A stretch of 64,000 bases of DNA from Azolla caroliniana (lineage: Eukaryota; Plantae; Polypodiophyta), in the NCBI GenBank assembly GCA_043228905.1, contig JBHGNT010000015.1:2604001-2668000 (forward strand), in the 5' to 3' direction. Position 1 is the stretch's first letter. The number at the start of each line of letters is the position of its first letter. The notes under the pieces are model-generated. The model was not told the origin of the DNA and searched no databases. It saw only the letters and a program-made list of their open reading frames with translations. A program made the translations under genes and the position numbers. Of the stretch, positions 48,611-59,285 are shown one piece after another.

Positions 48611-49242
48611 GGTGAAGGAGTGCAGGTGAAGCAATCAACTCGACTTCTTCTATCATGAGAGGGTAAATAGTCGACGTCGACCCAAAACACTGCACAAACG
48701 ATAGCGCTAGCGAGAAACTGATGTGATCCCCACCAGGAAAGTGAGTGGTTATGACCCCCACCGGAACTAGAAGGTGAGCGATTGAAATCGATCCTCGTCA
48801 ATGGAAAGTGGAGTACAAGCAAGCAATGATTCGATCCCCACCAGGAAAGTGAGCGGTTGTGACCCCCACCGAAATTGTGAAGGTGAACGATCAAAATCAA
48901 TCCTTGCTAAAATCGTGATGCAAAATGATACCTATAGATGATGACAATGACAATGAAGAGGGCGGAACAACGATGATAATGAAAGAACATGCAAAGTAGT
49001 GTTGATGATGATGAAGGTTGGGCGAAGTAGCTCGTTGATGAAGGCAACAAGAGGTGCTGAAAAATGATGATATTGAAGACGAGGGAGTGAAGACGATGAT
49101 GATGAGGAAGCTTCTCAACAAGGAATGACTGGGACTATGGTGACGATAGCGACTCTAAAACCAAGGATGTTGATGACTGTAACTCTAGAAGCAAGGACGG
49201 TGACGATGGTAACTCTAGAATGAAGGGCGATGACGAAGACGG

Positions 49243-52200
49243 TGTCGTGAAGAAAACCGTCCACAAGCGGAATCGGTGCACCGGAGCGTAGGAACCGGCT
49301 CTTCATGCACGTGCGCCTTATGTTGTACATAGGAGATCCTATGCAGGCAGATTCGGTAGGTGGGAAGTAAAGGGGAAACGGCTCCTTCCTTGCCTATAAA
49401 AGGAGGGAGACGAGGAGGAGGAAGGGATCGCGGAGAGTCGAGGACGAAGTGCTGTCGGTTTGTGTGCGAAGGCTTCTCTCTCTCTCTAGTTCGCAGACTC
49501 CATAGCTTCCTTCTGTGCAGGTTTCGGGAGACTCGCGCTGCTCTGAGGAATGCCCGAGTGCTTCCGGTAGCACCTCCAACCTACTCCTTCCTTTCTGTGC
49601 GTTTACGAACAAGTATCGGCATCTGTTCGCCGGCCTGCTCGGTTGTAACCGACTTCGTGTTTTGTTGTCTGTCTTGTTAATACATACATACATTCGTATC
49701 TCTCTTTGTCGCTGTCCAACTCGCGTCTTTGAGTCGAAGGGCTGTGTCCCTGTGAATCTACTCTCGCACGTAGTGGGTCTCTTCTATTTTCTCTCTTGCT
49801 CTTCGGTACAGGACCCCCGAGGTCCCGCCTCATTCCACGCATCCGCAAGGAATACCTCGACATCTTTGGTGAACCCGACGTGAAGGAGGCGGCAGAAGAG
49901 CAGAAGATGAAAGGGTCGGATCTTGCAGAGGCCATGGCTTCGTCCGTGGATCGGATATTGAGTGCAGGCGAGGGCACCGGCGCCCTCGACAGAGCCATTG
50001 AGGCGGTTGTCGATACGATTGGCCGGTTCAGCGGAAAGGATGCCACGAAGTATTTGGCGTCCTACGGGGCAGAAATGCTGATGCGGGACATTCCGGAAGA
50101 GAGGCGTCTTGCCGGGTTTCCTCGAGTGGCGATGCCGAGCATCCATGCGGAGGTGCTCGAGGTGCGGGCGGAGAGCCGTACCTGGGAGGAGTTCAAAGGC
50201 CGACTCCTAGAAAAATACGGGTTGGACGACACGCTCCGGCTTTCGAAACGGGACTTCATCGAATGGGTGGAGTTCCCCGGCAAGGGAAGAAACGCGACGG
50301 CACTCCTCCGGGAGTTCGAAGAACACTTTGCGTGCCTTTCGGCGCTTGATCGAACCTTTCTGGATACGAGTCGGGTCCTACTGTTCGTCAAGTCGGTGGA
50401 CGAGCGGGACCGGGATCAAGTCGGCTCCTTGCTGGAAACCGAAGACGGGCTGACGACCGACTGGGCTGCGGTTAAGAGAGTCTGTGGCCGTTTCGACAAA
50501 CGGCGAGAATGGGCTGACAACGGGGCGGCTGGTGCGGGCTCTATCACAGCAAGGAGGCTTGAACCGGCACCGCAAGGGCGAAGGGAAGAAACCCAGGAAT
50601 GGCTCGAAACCGGTCCGGCTTCAACCGGCCAGGTCAATGGCTCGTCCGGAGGAGCAGCGCTGGAGGAGTTGACGCGGGCAATAAAGGATCTCCAGATCGC
50701 CCAGACTCGAAGGGAAGGCGGCGAACCGGCTCGTGACCGTCGGCCGGCAGCAGAGAACAGGTGCATGTGGTGCGACGAGGTCGGCCACATCCGGAAGGAC
50801 TGCGGCGATTTCGCAGAAGCGTTGAGGAACCGGGTGGTGTACCTGTGGGAAGGCCGGGTGCACGCCGGCGACACCAGAAGGGCCCTGAACTGAAACGACG
50901 GGCGAGGAGGAATGAGAGACTGATGGAAGAGGCAACGGCCCGACACGTGGAGGCCATCCACTACTCGGCGTCGGCCGGCATTCGGGTTGGGGGCAGCGAG
51001 GCCCGAAAGGAGGGCAAAGACGGATTCTGGTCGGCAATGCTGGAAGGTCTTGTTGGTGCACGGCTAAGGGAAGACGAAACGGACCGCGCTGAGAGACGGG
51101 TCCGGGAAATAACCGAGTGGAGCGATCCGGTCGATGAGAAGACGGGCTTCGTAGAAGCCGCCTGCCGGAACTACGAGGCTCTGGTAGAAGACAAACGAGT
51201 GGGGAAAGCCGGAGCGGCCGGGCCCTCACAACGGTACGAGACCCGATTCGGGCAACGACGGAACGATGCCGGTGGGTCCGGCTCACAAGATAACCCCAGG
51301 AAGGGCGGATACCGACTGGGGACGGAAATAGAAAGGACTACGGACCTACGAAAGGTCCTAGAAGAACGGATCCTCGACAGCATAGTGGAGTTGTCATTGC
51401 GGGAGGTGCTAGGGATCGCCAAGAAGGAGTTCCACGACTCCATTGTGGACCTGGTGAAACGGAAGAGGCTGTCGACGGAGACGGAACCGGAAAGGCCGAT
51501 GGAGGTGCGGACGACGCACATTGACGACATGGCGATGGAAGACGAGTGGGCGGAGAGCCACTATTCGAGGCCGCACTGGGCCCGAGCGACCACGGAGACC
51601 CCGGTAAAGATCGGAGAGGTTCAGGAACCGGTGGTGGCACTGGTGGACCACGGTTCGGAAATAAACCTGATGTCCATGGACTTCTATAAGAAGGGGAAGT
51701 GGCCGATCAACACCAAGCACGGGTTGAAGATACGGGCGGCGACGCGCGCCACCGAGGAACTACACGGGGCCTGCCCGAACGTGCGAGTCAAGATCGGCGA
51801 CGTCAAGATTGACCAGCACTTCTTCGTACAGGAGACGTCCTCGCACCCGGTCATATTAGGGGAACCATACATCACGGCGGCGCGAATGGAGACCAAGGTG
51901 CTGGACAACGGTTCAGCCTACGCGAGGGTCAAAAGCCAGGACGGGCGCCATTTGGTCCAATTTCTGACGGTGCGGCCGAACCACGAGCGAAACCGCGAAT
52001 CCCTCGGTGGCGAGAATCGGGAGGATTTTTAGAAAGGGCTACCAAGGCGTGGGGCCGAGACAGCCCGGACACTCGGGAAAGAACCCACGACTGTACGATA
52101 GAACCGAAACCGAAGGAACCCTGTGCAATAGGTATGAAATTTTGCTTCTCCGACAACGGAGGGTGTATGATAGACGGCATCGTTGGCCGAGAAAAGACAA

Positions 52201-55200
52201 GGGTGGAAGTGCGACTTCGAGCGTGCGGAGTTCTCGGCCCGGACGAGGAAATCAGCGGAGCCGTGGAGGCGGTCTCCTTCGACGACACCTTGGGGATGCT
52301 GAGGAAGGTAGCCGGAGAAGACCTTAACGAAGACCAGATGATACCGGTATGTTCCGAAGAGATGTACGAAGTCATCGCGAACTTCAGTCGGGGGCTCGGG
52401 TCGGATCGGACGGCCCGAGTTAGCACGAAGTACAAGACTGTGGACCGGAAGGTAAGGCCAGTCGCGGCACCCTTACCGGAGGGCAGCGAGTCCCGAATCA
52501 GAGGGGTTGCGTCGGACCCCAGTTTACGAGATCCGGCCTACATAGGACACACCTTCACCGACGGGACGCTCCGGGAGCTCAAGATCGGTGGGGGCGGGTT
52601 CCTACTGCCGGCGGAGGAAGACCGGTTTCGGAGAATGCTCGGAAGGCACGGGAAAGCCTTCGCATTGTCGCCGGAAGAGATCGGGTGCGTAGACCCGACA
52701 ATCGTGGAGCCGATGGTGATATTCACGGTACCGCATGTGCCGTGGAATCTCAAGCCGATTCCGGTACCAAGAGCTCACATCCCGGAGTTGATGGAGGTAC
52801 TGAGGCAGAAAGTCGATATGGGCATTCTCGAACCGTCGAGTGCCCCATACTCGAACTGATGGTTTACCGTACCAAAGAAATACGGAACGTTGCGCTTCAT
52901 TCAAGACCTGCAGCCGGTCAACAGAGTGACCATTCAGAACGCAGGAATCGAACCGACCATAGACGAGTTCGCAGAGGCCTTCGCCGGAAGGTCGATTTAC
53001 TCAGTCGGTGATCTGTACTTGGGGTACGACCAGTTCCAGCTAGCCGTGGAGAGCAGAGACATTACGACGATGCGAACTCCCCTTGGCCTAGTACGAATGT
53101 GTACCCTGCCGCAAGGAGGGACCAACTCGGTGGCCCACATGGTGAATGCAATGAACAAGGTACTGAGGGATTGCATCCCGGACATCACCATGTCGTTTCT
53201 AAACGACATCCCTATCAAAGGGTGCCCGGTGGAAGAGAAGGACGAGACAGTCGGGCCGGACGGATGCCGGCGGTTCGTGGCAACACACATCGACGACTGC
53301 GAGAAGGTGCTACAAAGGCTAGAGGATGCGAGGCTCACCTTCTCCGGGGAGAAATCGGCCTTCAAGCAATCAGAAATCCTGGTGGTCGGACACCTGTGTG
53401 GACCATATGGCCGGAAGCCGTCGCCGGCAAAGGTAGAAGCCATCTCCGCGATGAAGACCGACTGTAGCTCGGTTACGGAAGTTCGGAGGTTCCTGGGGGC
53501 ATGCGCGTTCTACCACATATGGATCCCGCATTACGCCCACGTTGCGGAGCCGCTATACGGGTTGCTGAAGAAAGGGCGAAAATTCGAGTGGCGAGACGAC
53601 CACACGGAGTCGGTCCGGAAGCTGAAGGAAGCTCTTGCAGCAGCACCGGCGCTCCGGAAGGCTGTCTACGGGAAGGGTACCCCAGTATACATAACGGTGG
53701 ATACGAGTCTGACCGGGATCAGATGGGTCGTCAACCAAGAAGACGAGGGAGGCATTCGGTTCCCGATCCGATTCGGCGCAAAGGTCCTCAGTGAGCGACA
53801 TCGAGGGTACGCCCAGGTTAAACACGAACTCTGGGGTATCATTTCGGCAATAAAGGCCAACAAAGACTAATTGATCGGGACAGAAGTGATTATCGAGACG
53901 GATTGCCTGCCAATTCTCGGCATGGTTTCCGGATGCGCGACACCGGACCTTGTGATGCTCCGGTGGATAGCGTACATCAAGTCCCTGGGCCCGGAAATAC
54001 GGCACATTTCCGGAAAGGACAATGCCATGGCCGACATGCTTTCGAGGGCGAGGTTTGATGACGAGGGCGGCATGGTTTCGGAGGACGAAGAAGTCGGCGT
54101 GGACTTCTTCGAGGCGGCGTACGTGACGACCGATGGGACGAGTACTCCGGCACTTAACGACTTCGACGAGAGCAAGTACGACGGCGAGTGGCTCCGGATC
54201 GGTGGATTTTTGAGGACAATGACGCCGGATGCGTCATGGACAAAGGACGAGGCCAACCGGATCCGGAAGAAAGCTTACCGATTCTTTCTCCGGGACGGAT
54301 ACTTATGGAAGCACCCGAAGAAGAGGAACGGCGTCCCGCTCCGGGTGGTGGCGATGAAGGAAGAACAGGAGGAGCTGCTGACGGCCTACCACGACAGCCC
54401 TTGGGCTGGACACCGTGGAACGTGGGCCACGTTCGAGAAGATAAAGGGGAAGTACTGGTGGTCGGGACTGTACCGGGACGTGCATCGGTTCGTGACGACT
54501 TGCGAGAGTTGTCAGATGCACTCCATAGTCCGACATCGGGACGAGCTTCACCCTACGTACCCTGCGACCATCCACTTCAAATGGATGGTAGATCTGGTGA
54601 CGATGCCGATGGGAGTAGGACAGATGCGGTATCTGGTCCTGGCTCGGGAAGATCTGACGAACCAGGTGGAAGGCTGAGCCGTTCAGAACAAGGACGTGAT
54701 ATGCCGGTACGGGTGCGTCGGGAAGATCGTGGCTGATCGTGGCTGATCGCGGGGAGTTGGACGCCGAAGAGGCCGAGGAGTTGTTCGACCGGCTAGGAGT
54801 CAAGCTCTCGCTTACCACTGCGTACAATCCGGAGGCAAATGGAAAGGTGGAGCGCGGACACGGACCGATCGTCAAGGCGTTAGTTCGGGCATGCGGAGGT
54901 CAAGTCGAGAACTGGCCGTGGTTGCTGCCTTACGCGTTGTGGGCTGACCGAACTACGCACAGTTCGGTAACCGGATTCATGCCGGCAGAGCTCATGTTTG
55001 GGCAGAAGCCGATCATGTCGATGGAACGTACGATCTCCTCGTGGGCAACCGTGGACTGGAGAGACGAGATGAGCCGGGAGGAACTGTTGGCGGCGCGTAT
55101 ACGACAGCTCGAGCGAAGACCGGAGGACGTGGAGCAGGCTGCGGGAAAGCTTCGGGAAGCAAGGATGAGGAACAAAGCCCGGTTCGACCGAACGCACCGG

Positions 55201-56196
55201 CTCCGACCGAAGAAGATCGAGGAAGGTGGTTGGGTGCTAGTCTACGACAGCAGCCTCGACAATCAGCACCGATCGACACGAAAGTTCGCGAGAAGGTGGT
55301 TCGGACCTTACGTGGTACAAAGCGCCGACGACAACGGGATGTACCATCTGGCGGAACTCGACGGCACGAGAATGGCGATACCGGTAGCTGGGAAACGGAT
55401 CAAAGCGTTCAAGAAGCGTCACGACGACGAGCCAGATCCGGTTAACCTGGACCGGGACGACGAACGATCTGAAACCGAGGAAGAACCAACGGGCGGGGAA
55501 TGAAGGCTGGACCGGTTTTCTCCGTCCAAACACAATTTGGCGCATGCCGGTGGATGCGCGATTAGGTGGGGGCGGATGTCGTGAAGAAAACCGTCCACAA
55601 GCGGAATCGGTGCACTGGAGCGTAGGAACCGGCTCTTCATGCACGTGCGCCTTATGTTGTACATAGGAGATCCTAGGCAGGCAGATTCGGTAGGTGGGAA
55701 GTAAAGGGGAAACAGCTCCTTCCTTGCCTATAAAAGGAGGGAGACAAGGAGGAGGAAGGGATCGCGGAGAGTCGAGGACGAAGTGCTGTCGGTTTGTGTG
55801 CGAAGGTCTCTCTCTCTCTCTGGTTCGCAGACTCCATAGCTTCCTTCTGTGCAGGTTTCGGGAGACTCGCGCTGCTCTGAGGAATGCCCGAGTGCTTCCG
55901 GCAGCACCTCCAACCTACTCCTTCCTTTCTGTGCGTTTACGAATAGGTATCGGCATTTGTTCGCCGGCCTGCTCGGTTGTAACCGACTTCGTGTTTTGTT
56001 GTCTGTCTTGTTAATACATACATACATTCGTGTCTCTCTGTGTCGTTGTCCCACTCGCGTCTTTGAGTCGAAGGGCCGTGTCCCTGTGAATCTACTCTCG
56101 CACGTAGTGGGTCTCTTCTCTTTTCTCTCTTGCTCTTCGGTACAGGACCCCCGAGGTCCCGCCTCATTCCACGAATCCGCGAGGAATACCTCGACA
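49243..56196 (+). mobile_element. Gypsy copy D, full-length but disrupted
   Basis: LTRs 49243-49862 and 55577-56196 (~19 differences in 620 bp by eye), TSD ACGG, Trp PBS. Stops at 50891, 52857, 53868 and 54675. Confidence 0.95.
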
Positions 56197-57989
56197 ACGG
56201 GTAATGCTTCCTGTTGGAAGGGATTCAAACTGTCACGGACACACCAACCACGGATTACGATGGAGCATGGATGATGAGGCTACAACCGATAAGTGGCGCC
56301 GGAAGTGATGAGGCTAGGAACTCAAGAAGCTACAGTGAGCAACAAGATTATGAACATAGGAAGCTAGGGTTAATTGGAAAGCATGAAGACAAATATGAAG
56401 ATCAAGGCGACAATATGGAATGAAATGAGAGTACTAGACTGATGTGTCAATGACTAGTGTTGAATCCCTTGAAAGGGACCAAGGAGGTTACAAGTATTTA
56501 TACAAGTTCCGAGATTGAATGTCTCTAGAATATACTCAAGAAATATCTCTAGAATATACTCGTCTAGAATATATCGTACAATATTTCTAGAATATATTCA
56601 CGACTAGGATATTTTGATTTTGAAATATTCTATACAATAGACAATAGAATACTAAACCATTATATACAAATGCATGCTCATGTCAAAATGGTTGAGCATG
56701 AAATCTTATTGATGTGAGGTTCTAGGTTCAATCCTCACCGAATATGTATTTCATGTCACGGTATCATGACATTGGTGGCCTCAGTTTTGTCACTTTGCAA
56801 TGGACTATGTTTTCACTTGTGATGTATGTTTTCGATCAAAGTTTCCTCGACATCGACCATATGGTTTGTTGCAACCATTCCCGTTCTAAATGATCCATGG
56901 AAATCCATTTTTCTAGATTTCATCACAAATCTAAACCCATCTTCCAAAGGTTATGATGTTATTATTACAATGGTGGATCATTTTACGAAAATGGCACATT
57001 TTCTTCCATGTAGAAAGACTTTTACTAGTCATGAAAAGACAAATCTTGTTATGTAAAAAGTTTTCATGCATCATGGCCTTCTAGATGAAATCATTAATGA
57101 TCTCGGCCACAATTTATTGCGAAGTTTTGAACACACTTACTTAAGATCATTAGAATTTCTTGTAAACTATCATCAAGTTATCATCCTCAAACCAATAGTT
57201 AAATTGAACGCACATATCAAATATTAGAGTAGTATCACCATAGCTTTATCAAGTTTCAACTATCAACAAGATGATTGGATGGATTTCTTACAATATTTCA
57301 CTCCATTCTTTGCAAAAAACGGGATGTCATCCTCATTGGATGATGCTCGAATATCCAAAAGTCTCAAACAATCCTGTCTTCAAGGATCGTCTAGAATAAC
57401 TCAATGAAATTCAAGCCAAGCTTTATGATCGTTTGATTCATACTCAAGATTAGTACAAGAAGGTTGCAAATAGACATTGCTTAGATTATGCGCCTTAGAA
57501 ACCTAAGATTCAAGTTGGTGAACGTGTATGGTTATTACGTCATGATGTGAAAACTACTAGACCATGCAACAAATTGGATTTCAAACGTCTAGGTCCATTT
57601 GTAATCTTTGATCAAGTCAACGATGTTGCATTTCGTTTGGAGTTTTTGTCACATATATGTCTTCATCTAGTATTTCATTTTGATTGTTACAGCCATGGAC
57701 ATCAAGTTCCATCCCAAATTGGTTTGTTCCACCACCACCTCTGGTTCAACTTGCTGAAGGACCAGAATATGAGATAAAAGCTATTTTGGACTCCAAGGTC
57801 ATCCACAACAAGTTATATGACCTAATAGATTGGCTTGGATACACACCTAAAGATCGAACATGGGAACTTTCAAAGAACATTGCGAATGCCCCTAAATTTA
57901 AACATGAGTTTCATCTTTGCTACCCCAATAAACCAAATCCTACTTCATGTATTTTGACTCATGGAACTCGTCGTCAAACGAGGGAATGA

Positions 57990-58297
57990 TGTCAGAAAAT
58001 GTTAATATCTATATTTGAACCCATAACCTTTAAACAAGAGTCTTACACCCTAACAAATATGTTTTGATATTATTATTATTTAGAGTTATGTGGCATTGAA
58101 CACAATAGATGATTGCCAAATGGCATGCATGCATGTATGCCAAGTATTTGGTTCAACGCCAGTCTTCAACACCCTTGTCATATTGGTCTCCGGGTAATAT
58201 AAATTCTTGTCTTCTTGTTTTGTTATTGTCTTCTTTTCTTCAAAATCGGCATTGACTTCGAAGATTTGATTGTGAGAGTAGCATCCCTACATCTACA
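57990..58297 (+). repeat. Probable 3' LTR of chromovirus H (right end uncertain)
   Basis: TGTCA follows PPT GAGGGAATGA directly after the chromodomain. Resembles the TRIM LTRs. Confidence 0.55.
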
Positions 58298-58488
58298 GTA
58301 CTTGGAAAGAGTTTGAAAATGTCCAAAAACATTTTCTTATAAAGTTTCTACAAGTTAAGAAAAAAATGTCATACAACCTCCTCTTACTTCCCATTGAGAT
58401 CATAGCCATGGAACGGGTTGTTGAATACATGCTTTATCATGGCCATTATGGGGTTGGCTTTATCTACACGACTTCTCAGTATAATTTA

Positions 58489-58596
58489 TTCTCGCCTTTT
58501 TCCAATGAATGGCATATCGCTTTGGGAATAGTATCTACTCTTAGCATGATTTTTGGAAATTTAATTGTCGTTATTCAAACAAGCATGAAACGTATG
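58489..58596 (+). pseudogene. ndhB: Plastid-derived ndhB fragment (NUPT)
   Basis: [32 protein letters not shown] resembles plastid NdhB [32 protein letters not shown]. Confidence 0.75.
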
Positions 58597-58626
58597 TCGG
58601 GTTCTACCTAACTGAACTAAAGGCGC
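58597..58626 (-). pseudogene. 5' fragment of an organellar tRNA (trnW-CCA-like)
   Basis: GCGCCTTTAGTTCAGTTAGGTAGAAC resembles plastid trnW GCGCTCTTAGTTCAGTTCGGTAGAAC, truncated before the anticodon. Confidence 0.55.
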
Positions 58627-59201
58627 TTCTCCACCACTGACTGGAGTTTTTCTTTGGGAGAGTATAGGTGGCGGGACTACAAAAAGATGCACCCCTTACT
58701 TAATTTGATCTTTTTTACAAAAAAAAAGTCGTTGTTATCCTATTGGATCAGTCGTTCTTCCGAGTCACCCCAAAAATAGCGATTACTGGATGGTTTTTTT
58801 AGGCAATGAAACAGAATCTAGTTCTGAATATAATATTCATTCTCATAAGATAGTAGAAACTATTCTCAAAAATAGTTTGATAGATACTTATCCCGCAAAT
58901 ATTCTATCTAGTGGTAGTAATGCATCAAAGAGGCTATCATACTTTGATACAATGCTCTACCTTTGATCATATTCGATCATGGTTTCCAGTGTCCACACAT
59001 CTTCAGCCAAGCCCAATGTTTGCACAAATTTCTCTCACAACCACAATGTGCACTCTTGATTGTAACATTCATTGGTAAAGTTCTTGTCAAACATTGAGAG
59101 TCACTATTCACTTTCACATGTATAACGTGAAATGTAATATTTTTGGTCTCATGGGTCATATTGGACCTCCGAATATGATAATAGAATCTCTCTATCTATC
59201 T

Positions 59202-59285
59202 CTATTTGTGCATGTCATCCTTATGCAAGGGCCATGCTAGTCTTCTCTATATCGTTCCAATCTTATCATATGTCCCTAATGGCAC
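59202..59285 (-). pseudogene. U6: 3'-truncated U6 snRNA retrocopy
   Basis: GGGACATATGATAAGATTGGAACGATATAGAGAAGACTAGCATGGCCCTTGCATAAGGATGACATGCACAAA matches U6. The ACAGAGA box is mutated. Flanked by TCTATCTATCT direct repeats. Confidence 0.9.

Larger units (their letters stand above)
47558..56771 (-). mobile_element. Non-coding, self-priming non-autonomous LTR element G (interrupted by gypsy D)
   Basis: LTRs 56231-56771 and 47558-48089, TSD TTAGT/TTGGT, PPT AAAGGGGAGGATAA. The ~1.2-kb interior is made of tandem repeats. Confidence 0.88.
45654..57989 (+). pseudogene. 3' part of chromovirus H (RNase H, integrase, chromodomain) in pieces 45654-45768, 47047-47557 and 56772-57989
   Basis: DKELLAIIDSFEQW..DHKNL, ITYRPG, HCHDSPLARHF, NYWWP, PWKSIFLDFIT..MVDHFTKMAHF, KLDFKRLGPF, and chromodomain EYEIKAILDS..DWLGY..TWE. 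Confidence 0.88.

Noticed and set aside
58366-58611. 81-aa ORF as a nuclear gene
   Set aside because: Only a 36-aa stretch is recognisable (plastid ndhB). The rest is chance open frame.
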